This document shows, in pieces, positions 1 to 9,521 of a stretch of DNA of 64,000 nt; position 1 is the first letter of the stretch, and every line of letters starts with the position of its first letter. A model generated the notes under the pieces. That model searched no databases, was not told the origin of the DNA, and was given only the letters and a program-made list of their open reading frames with translations. Both the position numbers and the translations under genes were made by a program. Source of the stretch: Fusobacteriota bacterium (GTDB lineage Bacteria > Bacillota > TC1); NCBI GenBank assembly GCA_009773805.1, contig WTXA01000004.1, positions 295 to 64,294 on the forward strand, read 5' to 3'.

Positions 1-2043
1 ATGACATTAAAATCAAAAAGCACAAATAGAATATTAAAGATATTGGGATTCATCTTCCTATCTATAACAGCAATAATATCAATACTAGTTGTGTTGACAA
101 CTCTATATGTTTCTAAAATAGCCAAGAACATCCCCGCTATTAGCCCTAAGGACTTCGATATACAATTAACTTCTGACTTCTATGATGATGCTGGAAGTTT
201 AGTTTCAAGTAGATACTACTCTGAAAACAGAGTATGGGTGAACTATGAAGAACTTCCTCAAAGTTATATTGAGGCTGTAGTGGCTATAGAAGATAAAAGT
301 TTTTGGGAACATGAAGGAATTGACTTATATGGATTAATGAGAGCAATCGTAGTAAACTACACAACTGATAGAACTGAAGGGGCTAGTACCATAACCCAAC
401 AGTTGTCCAGAAATCTATTAATAGATGCAGATGAAAGATTTTCGCAAAAATTATCAAGAAAAATACAAGAAGCCATAATAGCTCTTAATATGGAAGAAGT
501 TATGAGTAAACAAGAAATATTTACTTATTATTCCAATGTTATATACTTTGGACAAAGTGCATATGGTATAGATGCAGCGGCTCAAAAATATTTTGGCAAG
601 GAACTAAAAGACCTTACATTAGAAGAGTGTGCCACTTTAGCAGGTCTTCCACAATCTCCAATAAACAAAGATCCAGTAAATGATATGCCTAAGGCTGTAG
701 AAAGAAGAAATTCTGTTCTAAAGGCTATGTTTAAGGAAGGATACATTTCTGAAGAAGAAATGAAAACTGCCTTAGCACTTCCAATCACCCTTAATCCTTC
801 AATTAGTATAGTAGATAACAAGTATGGATACTTTATTGATACAGCTATCAAAGAAGCTGAAGAAATATTAAGAGAAGAAGGCCTACCATCACTATTTGTA
901 GGTGGTTATTCTATACAAACAACTATGGATACAAAGGGACAACAAATTCTTGAAACACTAGTTACCAACCCTGCAAACTTTCCAAAAGATGCTAACAATG
1001 AAAAATGTGAAGTAGCAATGGTAGTTTATGATCAGACCACTGGTGCTGTTAAAGCACTACTAGGAGGCAGAGATTATTCAGCCATGGGTCTAAATAGAGT
1101 CTACGCTAAAGGCAGACAACCAGGATCTACATTTAAGCCAATAGCGGCTTATGGTCCTGCAATTGAAATGGGTTTAACCGCTAATGATACCTATGTTGAC
1201 GGACCTATTAGTATTAGTGGCTATGAACCTAAAAATGCAGGTAGTTCCTATAGAGGTCAGGTAACAGTAAGGCAAGCTGTTGTCAATTCAATTAATACTG
1301 TTGCTGTACAAGTTTTATACGATATCAGTCCTAGAAAAGGCTGGGAATTTGCTACTAGGCTAGGAATCGAATTAGCAGATGAAGAGAAATACTATTTATC
1401 TATTGCATTAGGTGGAATTGAAAATGGTGTAACTCCATTGGAAATGGTTAGAGCCTATGGAGCTTTTGGAAATAAAGGTGTTCTGGAGGAACCACATCTA
1501 ATTACGAAAATAGTTAACAAGAATGGTAAAGTAGTATATAAATATGTACCTGAATCAAAACAAGTTATTACTCCAACTGTAGCTTGGTATATAACTGATC
1601 TATTAAAATCAGTAATATCTAGTGGTACAGGTACACAAGCTAGAATTAGCAATCTTGATATGGCAGGTAAAACTGGTACTTCTCAGTTACCAGGAGTAGA
1701 TAATGCTAATAAGGATATTTGGTTTGTAGGTTACACTCCAAATATTTCTGCATCTGTATGGATGGGTTTTGATATAGCTGATAAAGAAAACGGATTCTAC
1801 AATCAATATGGTGGTGGTTTCCCAGCAAGATTCTGGAAACTATTTATGCAACAATACTTAAATGGAGAAACTGTAGTTAAATTTGAAAAACCAAATCCAT
1901 TGGAAATCATTAGGAGAACTATTATTAAAAAGAATATTGTAACTCTACCAGAACCAGAACCTACTCCTACTCCAAAACCAGAACCTGAACCAAAACCAGA
2001 ACCAAAACCAGAACCAGAACCTACTCCAAAACCTAAGCCATAA
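1..2043 (+). CDS. Class A penicillin-binding protein (glycosyltransferase + transpeptidase) with Pro/Glu/Lys-rich C-terminal tail
   Basis: N-terminal TM segment. GT51 motifs EDKSFWEHEGID, GASTITQQL, RKIQE. Transpeptidase motifs STFKP (SxxK), SIN (SxN), KTGT. Confidence 0.9.
   Translation: MTLKSKSTNRILKILGFIFLSITAIISILVVLTTLYVSKIAKNIPAISPKDFDIQLTSDFYDDAGSLVSSRYYSENRVWVNYEELPQSYIEAVVAIEDKSFWEHEGIDLYGLMRAIVVNYTTDRTEGASTITQQLSRNLLIDADERFSQKLSRKIQEAIIALNMEEVMSKQEIFTYYSNVIYFGQSAYGIDAAAQKYFGKELKDLTLEECATLAGLPQSPINKDPVNDMPKAVERRNSVLKAMFKEGYISEEEMKTALALPITLNPSISIVDNKYGYFIDTAIKEAEEILREEGLPSLFVGGYSIQTTMDTKGQQILETLVTNPANFPKDANNEKCEVAMVVYDQTTGAVKALLGGRDYSAMGLNRVYAKGRQPGSTFKPIAAYGPAIEMGLTANDTYVDGPISISGYEPKNAGSSYRGQVTVRQAVVNSINTVAVQVLYDISPRKGWEFATRLGIELADEEKYYLSIALGGIENGVTPLEMVRAYGAFGNKGVLEEPHLITKIVNKNGKVVYKYVPESKQVITPTVAWYITDLLKSVISSGTGTQARISNLDMAGKTGTSQLPGVDNANKDIWFVGYTPNISASVWMGFDIADKENGFYNQYGGGFPARFWKLFMQQYLNGETVVKFEKPNPLEIIRRTIIKKNIVTLPEPEPTPTPKPEPEPKPEPKPEPEPTPKPKP
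1945..2040 (+). repeat. Low-complexity PEPEP/KPEP-encoding repeat forming the PBP C-terminal tail
   Basis: Translated tail reads LPEPEPTPTPKPEPEPKPEPKPEPEPTPKPKP. The DNA is reiterated ccagaacc/aaaacca units. Confidence 0.8.
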
Positions 2044-2055
2044 GAGACTACATAA

Positions 2056-2083
2056 AAGGTGCAATGTAAATACATTGCACCTT
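2056..2083. terminator. Bidirectional intrinsic terminator between convergent PBP gene and tyrS
   Basis: Perfect 13-bp stem aaggtgcaatgta / tacattgcacctt with a 2-nt centre. Flanked by an A-run upstream and a T-run downstream. Confidence 0.7.
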
Positions 2084-2108
2084 ATTTTATTTATATTTTT
2101 TTATCAAA

Positions 2109-3320
2109 CTATTTAATGATAATTTTAGCAAATTTTCTTTTACCGACCTGAATTACCATGGCATTTTCTACCTTAATATTAACCTCAGTAATTTTTTCAC
2201 CGTTAATCTTGACACCACTTTGATCAAACACTCTCTTTCCATCAGAGGTGCTATTAACAAGCCCAAGTATTTGTAATAATTTTGGCACCCAATAGTTACC
2301 ATCACCATCTACCATTAATTCTATTTCGTCTATATTTTCAGGCATTTGATTCTTAGAAAAGATATTAATAAATTCTTCTTCAGCTTTTATAGCATCACTA
2401 GCATTATGATATTGCCCAATTATAGTTTTAGCTAATTTGATCTTATAATCTCTTGGGTTCTTCCCTCTAGTCATTTCTTGTTCCATAATGTTAATCTCTT
2501 CATTAGATAATTGTGTTACTAATTTAAAATATCTAATAATAAGCTCATCTTTGATAGACATTACTTTACCGAACATTTCTTTTGGACTATCTTCAACTCC
2601 AATGTAATTATTCAAGGACTTACTCATTTTCATAATTCCATCTAGACCTTCCAATATTGGCATCATAAGAGCAATTTGCCCCTCTTGTCCATACTCTTTT
2701 TGTAGATTTCTTCCCATTAGTAGATTGAATTTCTGATCTGTCCCACCAAGTTCAATATCAGCTTTAAGTTCAACCGAATCATAACCTTGCATTAAAGGAT
2801 AAAAAAACTCATGTATCCCTATTGGTTGGTTGTCTTCATATCTTTTTTTAAAATCGTCTCTTTCTAATATTCTTGCAACTGTAGTTTTAGCTGCAAGACG
2901 TATAACATCCTCAAATTTAAAATTAGCTAACCAATGGCTATTATAGACCACCTCGGTTCTTTTTGGATCCAATATTCTAAAGATTTGTTTCTTATACGTT
3001 TCAGCATTTTTATTAATTTCTTCTTCGGTCAATTGCTTTCTTGTTGTTGACTTACCAGTAGGGTCACCAATTCTGCCTGTGAAATCTCCGATTATTAAAA
3101 TAATTTCGTGGCCTAAGTCTTGAAACTGTTTAAGTTTTTGTAGGACAACAGTATGACCTAAATGTATATCTGGTGCAGAAGGATCTAAGCCAAGCTTAAC
3201 CTTCAACGGTTTATTATTCCTTATGGATTTTTCAAGTTTTTTAACTAACTCATCCATAGGTAAAATTTCCACAGCACCTCTTTTTATAATATCCAATTGC
3301 TTTTCTAAAGACATTTCCAT
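2109..3320 (-). CDS. tyrS: Tyrosyl-tRNA synthetase
   Basis: Class I signatures HLGH and KMSKS. TyrRS-like GDFTGRIGDPTGKS block. C-terminal S4-like domain. Confidence 0.93.
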   Translation of the reverse strand: MEMSLEKQLDIIKRGAVEILPMDELVKKLEKSIRNNKPLKVKLGLDPSAPDIHLGHTVVLQKLKQFQDLGHEIILIIGDFTGRIGDPTGKSTTRKQLTEEEINKNAETYKKQIFRILDPKRTEVVYNSHWLANFKFEDVIRLAAKTTVARILERDDFKKRYEDNQPIGIHEFFYPLMQGYDSVELKADIELGGTDQKFNLLMGRNLQKEYGQEGQIALMMPILEGLDGIMKMSKSLNNYIGVEDSPKEMFGKVMSIKDELIIRYFKLVTQLSNEEINIMEQEMTRGKNPRDYKIKLAKTIIGQYHNASDAIKAEEEFINIFSKNQMPENIDEIELMVDGDGNYWVPKLLQILGLVNSTSDGKRVFDQSGVKINGEKITEVNIKVENAMVIQVGKRKFAKIIIK

Positions 3321-3373
3321 AAATATTTCTCCTTAACAATTAATGTCTCTAATTTTACCATAAAAAGAGAGTT

Positions 3374-3402
3374 TTGAAAATTGTTTGTTTTTTTGCTATA
3401 AT
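3374..3402 (+). promoter_or_regulatory. Sigma-A type promoter for the second PBP gene
   Basis: TTGAAA (3374-3379), 17-nt spacer, TATAAT (3397-3402), about 40 nt upstream of the ATG at 3443. Confidence 0.5.
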
Positions 3403-3442
3403 TAATAAGATATAAAACAATTAAGGAAGTGATCAAGAAATA

Positions 3443-5812
3443 ATGTCTTCATATAATAGAAGAGCAACAAGTAGTAATACTCGTGCAAAGAGACCAGGTA
3501 CACCAAATAAAAAACAGAATACTGGAATAAAATTTAAAAAGCCTCATAGGAGTACTATACTTAAGGCTTTGATTGGTTTTCTAATTTTTTCTATACTAGC
3601 AGCTGCAAGTGGAATAATTTATCTCACCTATCTTTCTAGGACTTTACCTTCTTGGGATGAATCTGCTTTCGATCAATCCACCACATCAAAGATATATGAC
3701 ATGAATGATAGTGTGGTTAGTATGAAATATAAGAATCAAAATAGAACTACAATTACCTATAGTCAAATGTCACCAGATTTTATTGCTGCTATACTAGCTA
3801 CTGAAGATGCAGATTTTTATGATCATAACGGTTTTAGTTTAAAGGGAATAATCCGTTCAACCTTAACAAATCTTTTCACAAACGGTCGTCCACATGGAGC
3901 TAGTACAATAACCCAGCAATTAGCAAGAGGTGTTTTATTAACTAATGAAGATACTACTTCTGTAAGCTATGTCAGAAAAATAAGAGAAATTCTTCTAGCA
4001 ATGCAAATAGAAGATAGATTGACAAAAGAAGAAATATTAACAAATTATGTAAATACTATTTCATTTGGACACGGTGCTTATGGCGTTGAAGCTGCAGCAG
4101 TTACCTATTTTAATAAACCTGCCAAGGATTTAACCATGGTTGAAGCCGCAATGATTGCAGGTCTTCCTCAAGCTCCAAGTAACTACGATCCATTTAAAGC
4201 CCCAGAAAAAGCCCTAGCTAGACGTAATATAGTTATTGATAGATTAGTGGCCGTTGACTATATTCCCAAAGCAGAAGCTGAGGAACTTAAGAAGATTCCA
4301 ATAACCTTAGTCGAAGGTATTCCAAACCAGGCAGTAAATGAGGAAAAAGACCTAGCTAACTACCAATATTTTGTAGATTATGTAACTTCTGTTGCAGATA
4401 ATATTATCACTGAAAAAAACTTAGAAAGCATTTACAATGGTGGTTATAGAATATATACCACTTTAGATACAACTGTTCAATCAGCTATGGAAACTGTCTT
4501 TAACGATGATTCTCTCTTTCCACAAGGAATGAATGGAGTTGAACCTGAAAGTGCAATGACAATTATTGATCCTAGTACAGGTGCTATAAGAGGCTTAGTT
4601 GGTGGACGTTCATATAGTGTAGAGATGGGTTTTAACAGAGCAGTAAGTGCAAAAAGAAGTCCTGGCTCAACCTTCAAACCAATAGTTGTTTATGGTCCAG
4701 CTTTTGAAAAAGGTATGCTCAGTCCTTCTATGATAGTTAAGGATACACCTGAACCAAAACTACTTGATGGTACTGGTAAAGTATATGAATTTAATAATTA
4801 TAGTGGTAATTTTGTTGGAAATGTAAATATAAGAACTGCTATAAAAAACTCAATCAATACTGTTGCTGTAAGAGTATTAAACGATATTACACCAAGATAT
4901 GGTTTTGAATTTGCAAAAAGACTTGGTATAACAAGCCTTAGTGAAAGTGAAAAAGATAATCTAGCCATGGCCTTAGGGGGATTGCAAAATGGTGTTACCA
5001 CACTAGAGATGGCTAGAGCTTTTGGAGTATTTGCTAATCAAGGTGTCATAGTAGAAAGTAACTCTATCAGAAGAATAGAAGATAGTTATGGTAATTTAAT
5101 CTTTGAAAGCAAACCTTCATCAAATCAAGTTATAAGTCCTGAAGTGGCTTTTATGGTCAATAATGTTCTGCTCGATGTTGTAAATAGTGGAACAGGAACA
5201 AATGCCAAACTATATAAGAGACAAGTGGCCGGCAAAACAGGTACAACAGATTTAGTTGTAAATGGTGCTAATATGAAAGAAGGCAATAGCGACTTGTGGT
5301 TTGTAGGTTATACCCCTCAACTATCAGGTGCAGTCTGGATTGGATACGATAAAAACAGCAGCACTTCTTACCTCCAAAAAGCTAAATACGGTAGTGGTAA
5401 AGCTGCTTATATATGGCATAAAATAATGGCTATCGCTTTACAAAGTAAGCCTTACTTAACATTTAATCAACCAAGCGGAATAATTGAAATGAATGTTGAT
5501 CCTATAACAGGACTACCTACAACAAATAATACAGGTAAAAGCGATCTTTTCATTAAGGGTCTCTTACCTTCTCAGCCAAGTAACACTTTAAATGTGCCTA
5601 GTGAAGGTAAAGCTGTTAAATCTGGCAACACATTCAAATTGTCTTGGAAAGGTGATCCTAACCTTGAATATGTAATTTATAGAATTGATGCACAAGATAA
5701 AGCTGTAGAAATTATAACTGTAAAAGGCAATGAATATACTGATGCTGAACCTGGTGATATTAAAGGCTATCGAATCAAGTCTTCAGATGGCGAAATAGTT
5801 ATTAGTTTATAG
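3443..5812 (+). CDS. Class A penicillin-binding protein, second paralog, with C-terminal beta-sandwich (FN3-like) extension
   Basis: Basic N-terminus plus TM segment. GT51 motifs EDADFYDHNGF, GASTITQQL. Transpeptidase motifs STFKP, SIN, KTGTT. About 110 extra C-terminal residues. Confidence 0.9.
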   Translation: MSSYNRRATSSNTRAKRPGTPNKKQNTGIKFKKPHRSTILKALIGFLIFSILAAASGIIYLTYLSRTLPSWDESAFDQSTTSKIYDMNDSVVSMKYKNQNRTTITYSQMSPDFIAAILATEDADFYDHNGFSLKGIIRSTLTNLFTNGRPHGASTITQQLARGVLLTNEDTTSVSYVRKIREILLAMQIEDRLTKEEILTNYVNTISFGHGAYGVEAAAVTYFNKPAKDLTMVEAAMIAGLPQAPSNYDPFKAPEKALARRNIVIDRLVAVDYIPKAEAEELKKIPITLVEGIPNQAVNEEKDLANYQYFVDYVTSVADNIITEKNLESIYNGGYRIYTTLDTTVQSAMETVFNDDSLFPQGMNGVEPESAMTIIDPSTGAIRGLVGGRSYSVEMGFNRAVSAKRSPGSTFKPIVVYGPAFEKGMLSPSMIVKDTPEPKLLDGTGKVYEFNNYSGNFVGNVNIRTAIKNSINTVAVRVLNDITPRYGFEFAKRLGITSLSESEKDNLAMALGGLQNGVTTLEMARAFGVFANQGVIVESNSIRRIEDSYGNLIFESKPSSNQVISPEVAFMVNNVLLDVVNSGTGTNAKLYKRQVAGKTGTTDLVVNGANMKEGNSDLWFVGYTPQLSGAVWIGYDKNSSTSYLQKAKYGSGKAAYIWHKIMAIALQSKPYLTFNQPSGIIEMNVDPITGLPTTNNTGKSDLFIKGLLPSQPSNTLNVPSEGKAVKSGNTFKLSWKGDPNLEYVIYRIDAQDKAVEIITVKGNEYTDAEPGDIKGYRIKSSDGEIVISL

Positions 5813-5819
5813 GTGTTAA

Positions 5820-7541
5820 ATGAATATTTTTAGATTAGTAGTCTTTTCTACCATAACATTTTTAATACTAGAATATTTAAGCAAGAAAAACATCAAGAAG
5901 ATATTGATGTTAAAGTCTTACGCCTTAGTACTCAATGTGTTGATATTGCTAGATATGCTTTTATTTTTTAGCCTATTAACAAAAAACTTCAATGGAACCT
6001 TAATCGTAATTACTATTTTAATAATCATTTTTGGTATAGCTAATAGAATCAAAATAGATTATCGCCAAACTGGCTTTACACCATTTGATTTCTTAATATT
6101 AAGAGAAGCTAAATCTATGGCCGTAGCTTTAAATAAAAAAAGTATGCTTAACCTAGTAGTGACTGCCATTATATCCTTGATAATACTACTAATGCTTACT
6201 CAATTTATTAAAGAACCTATATTAGACACTAATTTAAAAAACAGTATTATCATTATATCTATATTTATGCCTTTGCTATTTTATATAACAGGTCCTTTAT
6301 ATAATCAAAAAATAAGTGTATTCAAATTAGGATCCATTTTATATTTCTTTTCTTATCTTAATGATCCTCCTAAAATAAGGATTGCTAATAGGAAAAGAGA
6401 CTTAAAATCATCAATTTTAAGTATTAATAAGAAAGCCGAAGCGCCTGATGTTATTATTATACAAAGTGAATCTTTTATCGATCCATTTGTTCTAGGTCAA
6501 CATAATTTTAATAAGGATCCGCTTCCTTTCTATAGGAATCTTTTAAATGAAAGTTATTCCTTCTCTATGTCTACAAGAGCCTTTGGAGGGGGTACAGTAC
6601 ATACTGAGTATGAAATACTAACAGGATTATCTACTGTTTTTTTCCCTAGGGATACTACTGTTTTTTCACGCTATATTAAAAATTCACTACCTTCAATTGG
6701 CAGTATACTTCATCAACAAGGATTTAAATCCCTGTTGATACATCCTTATCTTGAATGGTACTATAACAGAACTAATGTTTACAGAAAACTTGGATTTGAT
6801 AGATTTTTAACATTGAAGTCCTTTGAATCAAAAACAAAAGAGTATGTTAAGGATATTGATGTTTTTAATAGAATTGTCCATGAATTAGATGAAGGTAATA
6901 ATTTAATAGTTGCAGTAACTATGCAAAATCATACACCATACAGTAATGATTTGTATAATAATGCTAATAGGTATCATGGTAGCTTTAGTAATCCTGATAC
7001 TAAAATACATTTTAATAATTTCTTAAATGGTCTGTCTGAAACTGATAAGTCTTTATCTTATCTAATTGATGAACTAAAAAAACGTGACAAGGAAACTATA
7101 TTGCTGTTTTATGGAGATCATCTACCAGTTATAAACCAAGATGCTACTTTTTATGAGGAGAGCTTATGGTCTAAAGCTAAATTTGATAGTTGGAAATATT
7201 ATTTCGATCTCAGTAAATCTCCTGGGTTCATTTGGTCGAATAAAAGAAATATTAATGGTAATATTAAGGATATTGATGCAACTGCTGTTCTACCAATATT
7301 ATTGAAAGAATTAAATTTAGATTTTCCTGATTATCTCAAGAAAATGGATACTCTTTTGATTAAAGATGGTATAAATGGTTTCTTTAGAGATTATCTTATT
7401 AAAGATGGTGAGTTCTATGGCTCAGTTCATCCAATTTATAAAAAGTTGTATAATAATATTAAGAATATAAATGAATCTGTATTTAATGATGCCAAATATG
7501 ATAAGTGGTGTTTTGATAATGAAACATATGAAGTTAACTAA
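5820..7541 (+). CDS. LTA synthase (LtaS)/sulfatase-family membrane protein
   Basis: About 5 N-terminal TM helices, then an extracytoplasmic alkaline-phosphatase/sulfatase-type domain (IIIQSESFIDP, GGGTVHTEYE, MQNHTPY, FYGDHLP). Confidence 0.8.
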   Translation: MNIFRLVVFSTITFLILEYLSKKNIKKILMLKSYALVLNVLILLDMLLFFSLLTKNFNGTLIVITILIIIFGIANRIKIDYRQTGFTPFDFLILREAKSMAVALNKKSMLNLVVTAIISLIILLMLTQFIKEPILDTNLKNSIIIISIFMPLLFYITGPLYNQKISVFKLGSILYFFSYLNDPPKIRIANRKRDLKSSILSINKKAEAPDVIIIQSESFIDPFVLGQHNFNKDPLPFYRNLLNESYSFSMSTRAFGGGTVHTEYEILTGLSTVFFPRDTTVFSRYIKNSLPSIGSILHQQGFKSLLIHPYLEWYYNRTNVYRKLGFDRFLTLKSFESKTKEYVKDIDVFNRIVHELDEGNNLIVAVTMQNHTPYSNDLYNNANRYHGSFSNPDTKIHFNNFLNGLSETDKSLSYLIDELKKRDKETILLFYGDHLPVINQDATFYEESLWSKAKFDSWKYYFDLSKSPGFIWSNKRNINGNIKDIDATAVLPILLKELNLDFPDYLKKMDTLLIKDGINGFFRDYLIKDGEFYGSVHPIYKKLYNNIKNINESVFNDAKYDKWCFDNETYEVN

Positions 7542-7554
7542 AGGAGTGAATTAA

Positions 7555-9408
7555 TTGTTTAAAAATAAATCAGAAAAATTTCAAATTATGTTGTTGGTAA
7601 TATATTTTCCAATCAGCATTTTTACTATAGAGATGTTAGCCCACTTAAATTTTTTTAGTGGATTTAATCTTTTGCTGAAGAATCCCTTTGCTTTTCTTCT
7701 AAATACTGTGCTTTTTGCTACTATTACATACTTCTTTTTAGCCTTATTCAAAAAGCAAACATTGGTTTTTACACTTATGACTGTAATTAGTTTTTTAATA
7801 GGACTCGGAACTAAATTGAAAATTGACTTTAGAGGTGTTGGCTTAAATATTCTAGATTTTTTAGTTATTCAAGAAGCAGGTGGCATGATAAATAACTTAT
7901 CTACATCCTTTATAATAACTGCATCCATAATGGTGCTAATACTTACAATTCTCTTTGTTTACATAATCGGAAATATGCCGAAAATAATGCTTAGTTCCAA
8001 AATTAGAAGAAATGGTATATTGGCCTTTATATTAGTTTCTTTGTTCTTATATTTTCTAGGGCCATACACAGTTACTATAAAAAGCGCAGGTATCAAAAGA
8101 AAATTATACATTGAAGAATCTGGTTCTCTCTACTATTTTGCAGCTCAGATTAAAAACACTACAAGTCTTAAATCTCCTAGTGAAGAAGAAGTAACTAATG
8201 TTTTAAGACCAATTATAGAAGCATCTCCTATAAAAGAGGATACAATAAAGCCTGATATTCTTATTATTCAAAGTGAATCATTTACTGACCCTACTTTAAT
8301 TGGTATGGAAAATTTTTCTGCTGATCCCCTTCCATACTTTCATAGTTTGCAAAAAGTTACAAACAGCTTTGGACTGTCTGTTCCAAGTTTTGCAGGTGGT
8401 ACTGCCAATACTGAATTTGAAGTTGTTACTGGTATGTCAACAATGTTCTTTCCAAGTGATGCTACTGTCTATGCTAACTATATGACCAAACCTACTATAT
8501 CTATAGGTAGTATATTAAAAAATAATGGTTATACTGCTAGTTTGCTTCATCCATTCCATAGTACTTTCTATAGTAGAGATAATGCATATAAATTACTTGG
8601 ATTCGATAAGTTTTATGGATTAGAATACTTAGCCGACTTTAAATCGGTTGATATAGATACAAGATATTGGGATTCTGTTGATGATTACATGACTGATTCA
8701 ATGTTATATCAACACGTAATTAAAGAATTAGAACAAGAAACTGATGAAAGTAAGTTCATATTAACTCTTTCCATGCAAAATCACACACCATTTGTAGTAC
8801 CTGAAGGATATGAAGATAGAATAACTTATACTGGAGATGGTTTAACCAACGATGTTGCAGTTAGAAAATATAATGCCTATCTTTCATCTTTAAAAGCCAG
8901 TGATGATGCACTTAGTGATTTAATCTCATATCTAAGTAAAAGAGAAAAACCTACTATTGTCTTATTTTATGGTGATCATTATCCAAAAGTAAATCAAAAT
9001 GGTAATGCTTATATTGATTTAGGATTAGTATCAGATTTATCATCACCTGAAAATGACTATATAACTCATGTAACTCCAGCATTTATTTGGAGTAATTATA
9101 AGGATGTAGGTAAATCTGATAGAGTTATTGATGGCAGTCTAGTCTCTGCAAAACTCCTAGCTTTAACTGGTGTTGAAGTTCCTAACTATATGAAGATAAA
9201 CAATTATCTAGAGAGTTTAAATATCAACTCTATGACAAATGCCTATATTGTAATGAATAATCAGTTCTATAACAACGTTACTGAAGAATACAAGCAAATA
9301 TACCAGTTATATTCAATGATAAATGGTGATATACTAGGGGACGATAAATTCCTTGAAACAAAAGAATGGTTCATCAAAGAAAATGAGAACTATATAAATC
9401 CTAAGTAA
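7555..9408 (+). CDS. LTA synthase (LtaS)/sulfatase-family membrane protein, tandem paralog
   Basis: Same architecture and motif set as the upstream gene (LIIQSESFTDP, GGTANTEFE, MQNHTPF, FYGDHYP). TTG start 8 nt after AAGGAG. Confidence 0.8.
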   Translation: MFKNKSEKFQIMLLVIYFPISIFTIEMLAHLNFFSGFNLLLKNPFAFLLNTVLFATITYFFLALFKKQTLVFTLMTVISFLIGLGTKLKIDFRGVGLNILDFLVIQEAGGMINNLSTSFIITASIMVLILTILFVYIIGNMPKIMLSSKIRRNGILAFILVSLFLYFLGPYTVTIKSAGIKRKLYIEESGSLYYFAAQIKNTTSLKSPSEEEVTNVLRPIIEASPIKEDTIKPDILIIQSESFTDPTLIGMENFSADPLPYFHSLQKVTNSFGLSVPSFAGGTANTEFEVVTGMSTMFFPSDATVYANYMTKPTISIGSILKNNGYTASLLHPFHSTFYSRDNAYKLLGFDKFYGLEYLADFKSVDIDTRYWDSVDDYMTDSMLYQHVIKELEQETDESKFILTLSMQNHTPFVVPEGYEDRITYTGDGLTNDVAVRKYNAYLSSLKASDDALSDLISYLSKREKPTIVLFYGDHYPKVNQNGNAYIDLGLVSDLSSPENDYITHVTPAFIWSNYKDVGKSDRVIDGSLVSAKLLALTGVEVPNYMKINNYLESLNINSMTNAYIVMNNQFYNNVTEEYKQIYQLYSMINGDILGDDKFLETKEWFIKENENYINPK

Positions 9409-9433
9409 TTGAAAAAATGAAATTAAAAGATAG

Positions 9434-9485
9434 ACAAAAAGAGAAGAAACAATGAAGTGCACTTCATTGTTTCTTCTCTTTTTGT
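9434..9485. terminator. Long bidirectional intrinsic terminator between convergent LtaS-family gene and gatB
   Basis: About 24-bp perfect inverted repeat (acaaaaagagaagaaacaatgaagt / acttcattgtttcttctctttttgt) around a tgca centre. T- and A-runs are part of the arms. Confidence 0.8.
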
Positions 9486-9521
9486 TCCTTATTCTTTATT
9501 CTATTTTCTCTTTTAAACTAT

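Noticed and set aside
582-851. Minus-strand 89-aa ORF inside the PBP gene. The many similar nested antisense ORFs belong in the same class, e.g. 1455-1652, 1803-2075, 4477-4677, 4798-5001, 10174-10527, 10569-10841, 11002-11307, 11851-12129, 13025-13522, 14174-14533, 15228-15686, 17035-18057, 28080-28756, 28969-29334, 31490-31672, 32010-32927, 33574-34218, 34831-35118, 35835-36671.
   Set aside because: Each lies wholly within, and antisense to, a long ORF with clear family motifs. Their translations are low-complexity and typical of the reverse frame of AT-rich genes. None has a convincing RBS.
3321-3442. Possible T-box leader upstream of tyrS
   Set aside because: Only about 120 nt are available, shared with the divergent PBP promoter. 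No T-box consensus (GGTGGTACC-like) and no terminator/antiterminator pair is visible.
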